From assembly GCA_030141605.1 (NCBI GenBank), contig JAQGDQ010000017.1, forward strand, positions 930,001-994,000: DNA of 64,000 nucleotides. Direction: 5' to 3'. Source of the DNA: Tubiluchus corallicola (Eukaryota > Animalia > Priapulida). A program made the translations under genes and the position numbers. The notes below the pieces were generated by a model. It saw only the letters and a list, made by a program, of their open reading frames with translations, made no database searches and was not told where the DNA came from. Position 1 is the first letter of the stretch. Each line of letters starts with the position of its first letter. Shown piece after piece: positions 28,101 to 44,700 of this stretch.

Positions 28101-29268
28101 GGAGGTGGAAGCCAATCTGGCAGTGCTTTAGCGTGAGAGTTACTTGTTGAATTCTTGGTTAATGGCTTCTCAGATTCTGGCTCAGCATTCTTTTGCGCTG
28201 AAGCTCTACCTCTTTGGTTTCGTTTAAACCTTTGCTGTGACCTTTTGCCTACAAAAGAAATATCGACAATCTGTCAAACAAATTTTCTGGCTCTCTGCAG
28301 GAAACAAATCTTTTTTTGCACTCACTCTAACTAATGAGAAAGTATGCAGTGAAGTATCAGCTGCAACATAAATTTTTTGCATATTGCAAACGATCAGTCC
28401 ATGTCGCTGGTTTCAGAATTTTGCATATCATTATAAATGATAGTATATGATCAATGAACGTAAACAAACTGATGCAAAAATTATGTAACAATTACACCTA
28501 GCAAATAAGCAATTTTAGCAGAAGTTTTAAAAGTCAACACAAAGATTAATGCAGCCAATTATGTAAAAGTATAGTTCAATACTTACTTGCTAATTGCCAT
28601 AGACCATCTTTATGTGTGACTGATCCACTACATGCATTGTATACTGTTTTCAGTACCTCGGCTTGACTGCTGCCGATGCTTGGATGCAAGTTAGAAAATC
28701 GACTTTTGGTTTCACTGTGCAATCGATCCTCAGTCAGTGGTCCCGTAGCTCGCAGCAAACTCACAACATAACGACGAATTTTTTCTTTCCATATCCATTC
28801 GTTCTCAGATGAAGCAGTTTCAGATCTTGAACGATTTCGGTCCATTTCTGGTGGTACACGACCAGGATCACCCGAAGAACGACGGACGTTTTCTCTCCTA
28901 TCACGGCCTTTTATAGCAGGTGTCCTAGCATTAGCTGCTCTCGGTGGCTGGTAAACATTGTTTTTGCTAACCTGCTTTGCTTCCGATGCCTCCCCTGTTC
29001 TTCCTGAAAACCGGCGGGCTTTATCTCTCCTATCCTGACCCAACTCTGATGGTCCTTTGGTACCAGATGTTCCTGATGGTCGGCGGACCTTATTTTTCTG
29101 AGCTTGAGCTGCATCTGGAGGTATGCGGTCAGTATTTCTTGAATAATGCTGGCTTTTGTCTTTATTATCAGTTTCTTTTGCATTAGGACCAGTGGCAATT
29201 TCCTTTGACAAATGAGTCCTAGACTCCTTATTAGATTCTGGCTTTTTTTGAGATCCTTTCTTATTCAT
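13168..29268 (-). CDS. EXD1: Egalitarian/EXD1-like protein with DEDDy 3'-5' exonuclease domain; exons 29268-28587, 28248-25484, 24420-24169, 22509-22361, 20788-20581, 18956-18773, 16461-16264, 14802-14595, probable last coding exon 13309-13168 (about 1595 aa)
   Basis: Exo I VLGVDCEG, LSLLQIAT, Exo II KVFHDCRCDS, NVFDTQVAH, YWDRRPLT and Exo III YAASD match the Egl-like exonuclease family. All introns are GT-AG with compatible phases (1,0,0,2,0,1,1,2). The terminal exon and any upstream coding exons (acceptor at 29272) are less certain. Confidence 0.85.
13568..14226. mobile_element. hAT-type MITE (659 bp)
   Basis: Perfect 14-bp TIR CAGTGCTTAAAGTG / CACTTTAAGCACTG; 8-bp TSD CATACTTG / CACACTTG (7/8). 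Confidence 0.85.
17054..17854 (+). CDS. DHRS4: Classical short-chain dehydrogenase/reductase, DHRS4/DHRS2-like, 266 aa, intronless CDS, nested antisense in the EXD1-like intron 16462-18772
   Basis: TGATYGIG cofactor motif, CSR (NADPH-type), VSNAG, catalytic S...YSVTK, GIRVNAIAPGLIQT, RLGQPDEVAGMVSFLCSNDASYITGE; C-terminus VRL (DHRS4 ends SRL). Confidence 0.9.
   Translation: MATFSSKKPHEGKVAVVTGATYGIGYSVARRLAQDGASVMICSRSKENVDKTVETLKSEGLIVRGIVCDVLEERDWKLLIDQTIAEFGGVDIFVSNAGGAVDGGTGPMMDTNEEAWDAMMKFNLKSGFFIAKLAAASMESRGAGNIIFNASICGYQACGGCELLSGGAMYSVTKTAILGLVQAMAPQCAEKGIRVNAIAPGLIQTPLTSFLKQAPEIETKFMDRCPIKRLGQPDEVAGMVSFLCSNDASYITGETICISGGFPVRL
19014..19989. mobile_element. Tc1/mariner (pogo-like) non-autonomous DNA transposon (976 bp)
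   Basis: 25-bp TIR CAGTAGG(C/T)GC(T/C)GCTTAATAGACTCA with 2 mismatches; TA on both flanks. Confidence 0.85.
21222..21743. mobile_element. hAT (Charlie-like) MITE (522 bp)
   Basis: TIR CTGTGGTTCCTAACCT / AGATTAGGAACCACCG; perfect 8-bp TSD TAATAATG. Confidence 0.88.
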
Positions 29269-31924
29269 TTTCTATAAAAAATATGTTTATGAATAAACTT
29301 CAACATTGTTTTATTAAAAATTTTAATACATTTATTATTACGGAATTTAACTATTTCAAATCTCATTTGGTAACCATTATAGCACTAAAAGACGTTACAA
29401 AGAGATTTAGAACTTTAATAAAAATTCATCCAAATATGCTGAAACCATAATTAATAAGAAAAACAAAAACGAAGTACATGTGTGAGTGCCTGTGTGCGCT
29501 TATTTATGTATACATGCGTCTACAATTGCTTTTTTATATACCTTTAAATAGTTTAGCACTGTTTAATGTGTGATTTGGCACTTAGCTGCAAAGCTTATGC
29601 AATGTAGATATTGTGACGGGACCAGTACCAAGCTCAATGTCAAAGTTAATTCTCTAGGTTGAGACAATGCAATGGCACAAGTTCCTCAATCATATCTGAC
29701 ATGAATAGGTCTACAACCGTCTTCAAAGATGTAAACATCAAGAATCGGTACGATGCCTAATCAATATTCTTCGACCTTAAATATACCTTAAATCTATAGA
29801 TGAATGAAACCGGCTAAGCGATTACTGTACCCGTAGTCACCCATCTGTTCACTGACCAGCTTACATTTTGCTCAACTTTGATTACAAAATACACATCATG
29901 ACTGCCTGGCTATTAACCATCATGACCACCTAACTACCTATGGTACACAATTGACAATTGCGGAGTAGCATTTTAGCCAGGGTTGGTTTACAGTAAGGTT
30001 GACACAGTTATCCATTTAAACATTTAAGCGACCGCTAACTGGTGTAAACGTTTAGTAACTGTTTAGATATTACTTAGCTAAATTTTCTTAGCCCATATTA
30101 ATGCAACTTTGTATTTTTTCTGAGTTGGCATATGCAGTCAGCAACGTCCTGCTTACATAAAATTGTACTATTTACAATATTGTTTCAAATCATCTTTTTG
30201 CCCAAGAATTATCTAAATGGTAAACTGCAAAAAGTTTTTCACTCGCATATGTTACAAGAATGCTGCCATGTTGGACATTCTCGCTGGTACATACTAGATT
30301 TGAACTGTACCAACTGTACCTCGTGTATTCCTGTATTTTCTCTTACTGTGCATGACTGTAGTGCTGTCCTGGCAAAATCAATGCAGTACGGTAAACAACA
30401 CGTGGAGTCGTGGGCCTGTAGCAACACTAACCTAAGGGGCTTTATTGTTCGTTCAACTTCATTTGGCATTATATTTGGAGTTTTCGAACTAGGTGATTCT
30501 ACGAAATATGAGAAAACATGGTATCATTAACAGGGGTAATTTTTATAAATTGAATTTTGTTGTTGGAAAAATTCTTCAAACATTCAAAAGGCTTCTTAAT
30601 TTATTTGTACACTGAAGGAATACTAAGTTGAGTGGATTTCTATGATTATCTATGGGGTTAGAGTTCTTCATATTAGTTTATCATTTGTATTCGATATTTT
30701 GTTATATGTACGGGAATGGTTAAACGGTTAACTGACCGCAATTAGCAACATTTAAAGAGTTAGTTAAAAAGCATAGCCCTACTTTACAGAACAGAACAAC
30801 ACAACTACCACCCGAGTTATACGTAGTGTGAAATCTAAGTTTCTAATGGGGCAATTAATATTTGACCAAAACATGTTTTCAACTTTTTATTGAAATTTTG
30901 TGAAGATGCTGTAACTTAGGATCAGGTGGCATTGTCATGTTCAAAATTTCTCTTTGTTCCCCACTCAATGGCACTTAGTTTCCTTAACCACTCATCAACA
31001 ACAATCGTCATTCATTTCCAGTATCAAACCTGCAAATTTGCATCTTAGTCTTGTACCTACAACCAGTATGCAATCGATACTTTGAAAGTATGCAAACGAG
31101 CATTGAAAGTTATATCTGAATATGTGTACAATAATAGCAATTTGATCATCTAAGCCCCAGCTTAAAGAAAACAACACATTGGAGCAAATATCTGTAAAAT
31201 ATGGAATAACGTCTGTACCACAGATGTGCGGACAATATTCAGAAATGAGAATAACATTTTTAGTTATTATCATAAAAACGGTTCCACTTCTTCCACTGCT
31301 TCAATAACAAATTTGCACAATCAGATTAAAATAAAACCATTTTGCAACTTACATGATTCATATTGGCTCGCACCAAACTAAATCAAATGGTGTCGTCTAG
31401 GTTTTGAAGTAAAACTATATTAGTTTTACAAATAGCAGTGAAAGTACTGCGGGTGCACCACTTCTATTTCTAACGGCAAATTTGGAAACACACCTAAAAC
31501 ACAAAACTACTGGCCCTATCACCCTATCACAGCATTTGGTAGACCACACAAAGGGTACTTAGGTAGTAATCATAGGAATAACATTTTTATCGCTGCTGGA
31601 CCAACTTGGCCCAACAGTGATAAACTTAACATAATTTTAACTTTGCTCGCGCACTTAATTAAATAAATAAAATCCATGGCAAAACAAAAATACGCCGGCA
31701 CAAAAGATATCAACTGAACATTGTGGGCAACGCCAACGAGATAAGTTTTACGCAATATAAGAACTCTTCTAGATAGGTTTATTGATAGCTGATGAGAATA
31801 AAGTTTAGATGTTGTCAAGCATGCGACTCGACCACGAACAGCACTATCTGTTCCAACTCTAAGTTTTTACACTTGCAAATTTTTGTTACTTTTTGGTTGA
31901 ATAGGATAATGTTATGTTGCTAAA

Positions 31925-33520
31925 ATGTAGGTAAAAATGGAACAGGAAAAATACTACAAATGGCAAAGTAAGTAAAAATGGCACGGGAAAATGACTCGGA
32001 AAAAATGGCATAAATGGAAAAGTGGGTGAAAATAGCACAGGTAAAAATGACATAGGGAAAAATGACACAGGACAAAGATGGCATGGTGAAAATGGCATGG
32101 GAAAGAATGGCAGAAATGCAAAAGTAGGTAAAATAGCACAGGAAAAAATGGCACACTTAATGTGTGTTTAGGGTTAGGATTACAATGGGCGACAATTATT
32201 TTAGTTATTTTAATCCCTGACAAATTAAATACTTTCCTCCAGTTCTTTTTTGTAAAACTTGTTCGAATGCCACATACAAAAACATTCGTGAAGCACTTTG
32301 TGAAGGTATCAGAGGGGGTGTTTAGTACTTCCTTTTTGTAGTACTCCACCTGTAGAAACAACTACGAAGAAACAAATAATTTCTCATATTAGACAATTTA
32401 GACAAAGTGTTTCTGCTAGCTTGATTATTACACTATATAACTCACTACTACTTCTCACTAATAGCAACTCCCACTGTTTAAACTGTAAAATTTTAAAATT
32501 TGATGATTTAGCATATTACAATTTTGGTGTTTAAAATTCACTTCCTACTTTTTCTCACTGTTTGACAATGGTATTAAAATAAATAATAGAGTATACAATA
32601 CGATTTATTACTAATACTGGACCTAGAACTTGGAATTCATTACCCAACAACTTAAAACCTGCTGATCCGATTCATATATTTCCAAAAAAATTGATGAAAC
32701 ATATTTTAGTACATACTCACATAATTACAGTAATTAATGTGATTGTGTGCATGAAAGAACGAATGCTATATAAGTAAGTTTTTGTGTATGACGTTTTGTG
32801 CGTGTGTCATTCGTATGTACGTGCAAAACCAACAATATGTGTGCATGAGAGAATTGATTATAATTGTATGTGAGTGCGTGAGCGAGTGTACGCGTGAGAC
32901 TGTGTGCTCTGAATGTCTGTTTTTTCATTTAATCTTAAGATTTGGTAATTCTTGGCTTTATCTGCCAACCCCACTTAGATTATACCTAAATTTTAACAAT
33001 TGTGCATATATCATTGTCATCCATAACTCTTATAGTTACTCATTTTAATTGTTCATCATCATTTTTTTAAATTATCTTTTTTCTGTATTCATTCATGCCA
33101 TTTATTAAGTTAACACTGTACAAGTTTTCTTATTGTGTTGACTTGATGTGTCTCCATGTGCTGATGTTTTATAAACTTTGTATCGAGAAATTCTTGTTTC
33201 TCTTTGTGTTATTTTTTTAATCAAAAGAATCGGACGAATTATAAATTTAGGATTGTTCGGCTTTGGCAGAGATCTGCTTCCTACTGAGCGCATTCTACTA
33301 TAATTCCAGAAATCAACTGCATCAAAATAACAGGTGTCGTTTTTTTACTTTTCCATTTGTGCGATGTTTTCCTGTGCCATTTTCACCTACTTTTCCATTT
33401 GTGCCATTTTTCATGTAAAATTTTTATCTGTGCTATCTTTGTGCCATTTTTTGCCTTGCAATTTTTAACGTGCCAATTTTTCCTGTGCCTTTGTACCTGT
33501 GCCACTTTTACCGTGCATCG
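31925..33520. mobile_element. Non-autonomous DNA transposon with arrays of subterminal inverted repeats
   Basis: The left arm (31925-32156) repeats AAAAATGGCAC(A)GG; the right arm (about 33340-33515) repeats its complement CCTGTGCCATTTTT; exact termini unclear. Confidence 0.65.
32590..32720 (+). mobile_element. CR1/L2-type LINE 3'-end remnant inside the above element
   Basis: Translates as FITNTGPRTWNSLPNNLK, resembling the GPxxWNxLP C-terminus of CR1/L2 ORF2. Confidence 0.55.
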
Positions 33521-33702
33521 TTAAAACTATAATGCATGATAAAACTATAACGTAATGGTACTACTTAATGCTTTGTACTTGAGAAAAGTACATTATTACA
33601 GGATCACTGCAATTTTCAACAAATGGCACTTTAATGCGAAGAGATTGTCACAATCTATGCACATTAAACTAAACTGCTAAATCTCAGTGACGCCTTTTCT
33701 AC

Positions 33703-35099
33703 TTAACGGGAAAAATGCACTCTGGTGGTATGAAGATGGCACTGACAGTGGTCATACGACTTCCCAAGCCATTTCTCTGTGAGCCAGTCACGCAGGCCGA
33801 TAAGTCCACAAAGCGTCACAAACGCAAGAGGCACGACAAGAAAGGATTTTGATGTGTACTCTAAGGCAAAGTGCAAGTACTTCTTTCCGTTAGTTGCCCA
33901 GTAGACTACAACAAAGATGTTGTATGTTATAATGTACAAAAATGGCTGCCACACATGGAAAATCCTGCACGGTAAGGCTGTAAGGAATATGTCTGCAACG
34001 ATGGCGAGGCAGTAGATAATTCCAAGATGGAAAATTGCAGTAATTACAAAACAGCAGCACGAAGTAATGTTAAAGAGTGTCCACTGCAACTTGTGGTACC
34101 ATTTAGCAGCTTGATTTTTGGGTTCTTTGTTACGCCATTCCTGTATGGACGTGATCAGTGCAATGCCCGAGTAAATGACTAGCATCAGCGAACTGTGGCT
34201 TAGAGGATCGATTATAGGCCGTAGATCAAACCCGGTGAACTCCTTATTACAGTATTCTCTCACTAGTGTTAAGACCACAGATGAAGCCAAGAACACGAAC
34301 TGGACAAAACGATAGGAAACATAGAACACTGAAGAACCATCAATACGCCACTGAAAAAACGAAAACATTCGTCATAAGTTTCAATGAACATAGAATTAAA
34401 AAGTTAAAAACATGAAAACATAACTGAAATAATTTAGTTTTTTTATTCTCTTCTGTTCTGTTTTGTTCTGCTCTGCTCTGTTCTGTATTGCTCTGTTTTG
34501 TCCTATCCTATACTGTCCTGTCCTGTCCTGTCCTGTCCTGTCCTGTCCTGTCCTGTCCTGTCCTGTCCTGTCCTGTCCTGTCCTGTCCTGTCCTGTCCTG
34601 TCTTGTCTTGTCTTGTCTTGTCTTGTCTTGTCTTGTCTTGTCTTGTCTTGTCTTGTCTTGTCTTGTCTTGTCTTGTCCTGTCCTGTCCTATCATGTCCTG
34701 TTATAACCCGTCCCGTCTTGTCCTGCCATGTCCTGTCCTGCCCTGTCCTGTCCTTGTTCTACTTCTCTGTGCTTTGCTTTGCTCTGTTCGATTCTGTTCT
34801 TTTCCGTTCCGTTACGCCCTGCTCTGTTCTGCTCTGCTCTGTTAAAAAAAATTCTGTGTGATTGTTTACCGTGTTAAACATCACTCTTCTATTGTTGGCA
34901 AACCTTTATGCCGTAGGCTTGTGCTATCATTAAACAGTTAACGTTAATTTCGCGAGTGAAACTGCAGAATTTTCCTTACCGGATTTTGTCCAAATGCTGC
35001 TTGACTTGGGTAGTTCAGGTCATAAAAACTGCAGCTACATCTCTCACAGCAACCTTGCCGGTTTGATCTGCAGTTGTTCCTTGCATACTTGATGTTCAT
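33703..35099 (-). CDS. Rolling stone-like multi-pass membrane protein, paralog R1; exons 35099-34980 and 34350-33703 (255 aa)
   Basis: Exon 1 NRQGCCERCSC..DLNYPSQAAFG, phase-0 intron, then W...YR, KLQWTLFNIT, DIF...PCRIFHVWQP, YWATNG; same layout as the five other copies. Confidence 0.85.
34513..34760. repeat. (TGTCC)n/(TGTCT)n pentamer microsatellite in the R1 intron
   Basis: Direct reading. Confidence 0.95.
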
Positions 35100-35902
35100 G
35101 ATACACCCAATAGGCTTTGGTTAAGCACATTAAATCTAACTGGAAATTTATTAAAAATTAATTGATTGGTTACAAGGCAACTAATAAGAAATAATAATAC
35201 CATTAACATAGATGTGAAATTCATTTTTTGGACGCTTTTGTTGTCATGGGACCCATCCTTTAAGTGGGTCCGACAGACAAAAACCTACAGATCAATTTCA
35301 GAAATTGAGCTTGTAAACTAATCGACCTCGAAAAAATGATATATAAAAAACTGGGATAACAAGTACGAATTGATGTCTTTGCAATGTTTTGGGCCAACTG
35401 ATTTCAAAGTAGATCCGTTCTGTTTTTCTTTGTGATTTATTTTTGTGAGGATGGCTGCTAGGACAGCCGAAACGCCCGGAATAAATTTTATAATTATATT
35501 TACGGCGTAGTTGGTGTTAATTTCATATGCAATTGACTCCTAATCAGAGTTAATTTAGGTAGCGTCTAAACCAATCATGGGCAACCAATAAACATATATA
35601 GTTGTTTAACTGTGATAAACCAGAATTTACTAAGCCCAAAGCTTCATACATCAAATAATTTGTTGATACGCCGAAGCATTGCGAACGTTCAAATTTTTGC
35701 CACACATTTTCTTGGAGTTTCATCTATTTACCTTTCATTTTTTGCTTTAAGTTTTTCATTCGTATAAAAGTTGTGAACATAGCTGATTTTTTTTTCTTTT
35801 CGCATTAAAACACAAAGTAACGTTATCCGGTCGCCATTCAGCACTTTTCACCATAAAATTTTAGCATTTTGTAGAAAATAACTCTATTTCTGAACACAAC
35901 AT

Positions 35903-35926
35903 GAAGCCACCAGCAGTGACGTCATT
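35903..35926 (-). promoter_or_regulatory. CRE (TGACGTCA) + GTGGCTTC module upstream of R1
   Basis: Reverse strand reads aaTGACGTCActgctgGTGGCTTC; same module upstream of R5 and R6. Confidence 0.6.
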
Positions 35927-36599
35927 AGACTTATTCATTCCATGGGACAGACAAACACATCGATGACGTTTATTCGCACAGGTCAGAGCCGTGCGCCATT
36001 TCTAGGCCTGACAGTATGTAGTAACCATAGACACAGTCATTACTTTTAACAACATTCTATTTATAGTAATGAATGGTATCTATGATGTAACCATAGAGGC
36101 ATAATGTATGGTTTCTAGTGTATATGATGTAACCGTGATACGACGTCACGTATTGTATAAGTAGGGATTCTCATGTTGATGTCACAAATAAAGTATTATC
36201 ACGTCTTAGGTCGAAGACGATTCAAATTACTGAATCAATATTAGGCAGTATCATGTCAGATTTCGTTCACGTAAAGGCTTGTACTCGACAATCAGATAAA
36301 ACTGTATAAAAATAGCAAATAAAGTCAAATTGAAAGCACTTTGGCTGCAACTAGTCTGGCTTAGGCGCACTACATGACGTCATCAACTTACGTCATTATT
36401 TATACTAATCTCTAAATAAATTTGCCTTGAATGTTGAGTTGTCCGAAGACAAATCAGCTTCAAAGGTAGTGAATTGACAGTCTAGCAGGACACCTTGTCA
36501 GAAGAAAGAACATATCTAGATTAACAGCGCTTTGTTTGAAAAAGGTGTGCTGGGTTGTCCAGTTTTGCAGTGGATTTTATCTATAAGAAGAATGGAATC

Positions 36600-40848
<4,249 letters not shown>

Positions 40849-41325
40849 TGAACTTCTCAGTCAAAAATAATATCCGGCTATAATGATGCAGGCTATAACT
40901 TGAATTATAACAATCTTAAAACTTACAAAACTGGTTTAAAGTGTTTTAATATTTCAAATTACGTTTAGTGTATAAGAAAGTCGTGTATTTTAATTCTGTT
41001 GTTTACAATAAAATTTTAAATTTTAAATCTTATTTTATAATCCACTATTTGGCCTACTATAACTGGCCTAATTAGCCTATTTATGTTCAGTGTTCCATGT
41101 TAAGGTTTGTATTTGTTGGAATTTTTTCTTCTTCCTTTCTCTCACTCTCTTTTCAGTCCAACTTAGTACTCTACTAGTCGCAGAAAATAGATGCTAAATA
41201 TTGTGAGGCCAAGTCTGAATTCTTTTCCTTATAATGCACAACCAGTCACAGCATGGCTCTTTTGGGGGACAGCTGTTTGATTAGTTAATTAATTTTCCCT
41301 GTTCCTAGAATTGAATAATTAAATA

Positions 41326-41470
41326 TTCTAAGTCTAATATATTCTATATATTCTAAGTCTAATATATTCTATATATTCTAAGTCTAATATATTCTATATA
41401 TTCTAAGTCTAATATATTCTATATATTCTAAGTCTAATATAATCTATGTATTCTAATATATATTCTATAT
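41326..41470. repeat. 25-bp minisatellite TTCTAAGTCTAATATATTCTATATA, about 5 copies
   Basis: Units start at 41326, 41351, 41376, 41401 and 41426. Confidence 0.9.
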
Positions 41471-41759
41471 ACTCTGTATTCTACATTCTAATAGAAAATC
41501 TAAGTCTGGCTTTATCAATCTTCTCGAGGTGATTGTGCAGAGAAGCCATGTTTCGCATTAAACGTCATAATTGTGAATGGTTATAATAGCGGTCGTTATG
41601 CAAAATGACGTGTGCACTCACAGATCTTGCGGATGAATTAGCTGAGCGCTAATTTCAACACCTTTCACTTCAGCTCGCTGTTCTAATGACGTTGTTCATA
41701 CTAACGCCTACCTAACACCACGCTGGAGAGCACAAGATTGCTGCCAGATCTGAAAAATA

Positions 41760-44700
41760 ATGGATATCATCGATAATATAATTGAAACAGTCAGTGGGGA
41801 GGACACCAAAGAGGAGTCAACCGAAACCTCAGCGCTAGAAAGACTCCAGGAACGAATTCTACAAGGATTGGAAAACGCAGTTGATGCTGTCGATGGCATA
41901 GTAGGCAACAGAGTCCAGTCTTTGACGGATGTCCTAGAGGAAAAAATGCAAAAGCTAATAAATGTAATATTAGCGGCAGGTATAGACACACTTCAGAAAA
42001 ACTTGGACAATGGAATAGAAAAACTTGTTGAGCATGTCGAAGGAAAGGTAGAGAAAATAACTTGTCTTGATACAATCATAGAAGAAAAAATCCAGACACT
42101 AACGAAAGACTTGGAAGCAAGGATTGAGAAAATGGTTAATTTTATCCTAGATGAAGGAATCGGCAATCTTAAATCTCACATGGAAGAAGGAATGGAAAAA
42201 CTCGCCACGCAGGTGGAGCAGCGGGTAGAAAAGTTGTCAAAGATCGATGACCTCATGGAACAGAAGTTCGAAGCGCTGGCGGCAAATATGGAGGAGAGGC
42301 TAGGCAAACTGGTCAGCCTTGTATTAGATGAAGGCGTTGAACAGTTTAAACAAAAAGTCGAAGTTGGAGTGCAGAAAATAGCCGAACATGTTGAGGGAAA
42401 GGTCGAAAATTTGATCGACGACAAAGCATTTATGGAGAAGATGCCAGTTGTGGGATATTTCATGAAAACATGGTCATTTTTCAGGATGCTAGGTATTTTT
42501 TTTGCAATTGATTTAGACAGAATCTAGCTAGTTAATGCTTGTAAAGTATTAACCCAAAGAAAATAATTTCAACGCATAATTTGTTGACGTATTAGGAGTT
42601 TGAGTCTGTACTGCTGATGCAGTAAGATCTTTTTTGCATTTTGCCATAACTGTTGGTCCTTTACCCAGGCAGCACACAATATTGTTACCACATGGTGTGG
42701 ATCTAGACAGAAGATGTGTTAAGAAAATACTGTCACCATGTTGGTACCATATTAATATTTTTGTCCAATATTGGTAGAACATTGAGCCATTATTGTCGTC
42801 TAATATTGGAAACACATGGTCTACACATATTGGTAAAAATATAGTCACCATGTTGGTACAATATAAGATACTTTTGTCCATTATTGGAAACACATGGTCT
42901 ACACATATTGGTAAAAAATATTGGTACAATGTTATGGCAAAGTCACATTGCCCCATGGTATTCATATTTGCAAAAGTGTTGTGACAATATTGGTACAATA
43001 TTGTTGTGCTGTCTGGGTAAACCGCCACGAGGACTCAAAACAAAAGGACAAATATTGTTTTCCTTGAAAGACTCAAAACAGTTCAAAGATCTATAACTCT
43101 GTAATCCGAGTGGCCGGTTGTCTTTATTTGCAGCGGTTTTGCATTTTATATTTTGATATTTTTTCCTAAATCTGTATAGCTGATCAAGAGCAGTTGGTGG
43201 TGGTTCTCAGTACAATTAAAATGCAACAGCTTTTTAACCGATCTGATGAAATTAAATAACTTAAGTGTGACAAGCGATTTTCAGCAGTCTTTGTCTGAAT
43301 GTTAGAACCCAGAGAGGTTTAATGCAAAATTCGAGCACAAAAGGTTTGTGTAGTTAAACAGAATGCACAAAGACCAAGTTTCAAAAACATGTTTGTCTTG
43401 TGTCCACTTATGACTGGTATTTTTTGTCTTGAGTTGTTTGTCATCTGCACACTGCCACAAAAATTTCCTTGTCACAAAAGTTAAATGGCAATGAAATTAT
43501 ATAACAGACGGTTTTTGTTTCTGGTCAGATTTATTTCAGAAATTCTTTTTTTTGATGTAAGCATTTCGTTTTTAAACCACAAAAGTAAATGCGAGAGCTG
43601 CTTAAATGTCTGTGTGTGTTTTCATGTGATGTTTTTTGCAGTTGGATCAAAAGACTCAGATATGGTTGGGCCAAATCGCCAAGGATGTTGTTTGAAATGT
43701 AAATGTAGTGGCTTCGACTTGAATTACCCAAATCAAACGGAATTTGGATGCAGCATGGTAATTACCATAATAATAACTTGTTTTAATCAAATGTTGCATG
43801 GAACATCTTATAATAATATTGATAATAATTTCCTTTAGGACATAGTCCAGGGAAACATCTTAAGTACCTCAATACATATTTCTAAGGTGGTCCCGATTAT
43901 TATTACCTGCACGTTATTTCGATAAACCTGCGTGCTTGGTCGAAGAACCAGAAGTAACATTTTTCAAGTCTTTGGGATGACTCGGTCGAGAGTTGAACCC
44001 ACGACCTACAGGGGTGGGAAGCGAGCACGTTACCATTGAGTTACGCCACCCGATACAAGAGCAAATGAAAGACCCTTTAAAGGAAAGCCTGGCCTCATCT
44101 TAAACTGTAGCTCAAAACAATCCACCCTCCAGAACATTGAAAGGGAAGATACCATTTTGTTCAAGAATGCCTTACTTGAAAGAATTATTACCACAGAATA
44201 GTAATTTCACGTTCCTGCGGTTAGTTCTTCGTTGTTATATGCATTTCGCAATTCGTTAGTTAGATGGATACTAGCGACTGCATCTTAGAAACGCGTTGCA
44301 CAAGAAACATATGTATCCCTCGTTTCAGAGATGTCCAGTTGTGACGAAGTCAGCACGTTCAAGGGCGCATGCGTAAGCACATCGTTAAACTTGAAATTTG
44401 AATTTTAAACTTAAAGTTTGCCGAATTTTTGCATATCACGCGTAATGCTGTATAGTAGCACTGTATTTTTATATGTACTGTTGAAAATTATGTTCTTTTG
44501 TAATATCAACACTAGTTGGGTCGCCTGCAGTTAAGTAAGTTTTCAACCTAGTATTTAATTATCAGAAACGCTCCTTTGGCATTGTTATAGGTTTTAAAAT
44601 GTACTCTTATTAGTGAGTTATTACTGTATTTATCTAAACGGGGCAGGATATGAGAAATTATCCGGCTTTCCTTTAAACAACTTCAAAACCACCCAGCTTG

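Noticed and set aside
29978-31560. Possible transposase or reverse-transcriptase remnants (ORFs 30132-30530, 30995-31273)
   Set aside because: Only faint motif resemblance; too degraded to call without a search
34463-34861. Cys-rich (CPVLS)n ORFs; likewise ORFs at 37993, 39550-39888 and 44872-45391
   Set aside because: Translations of simple repeats within introns
43980-44050. tRNA gene
   Set aside because: A and B boxes are present but there is no proper cloverleaf or acceptor stem, and it runs into a SINE-like body; a similar remnant lies at about 60495-60550
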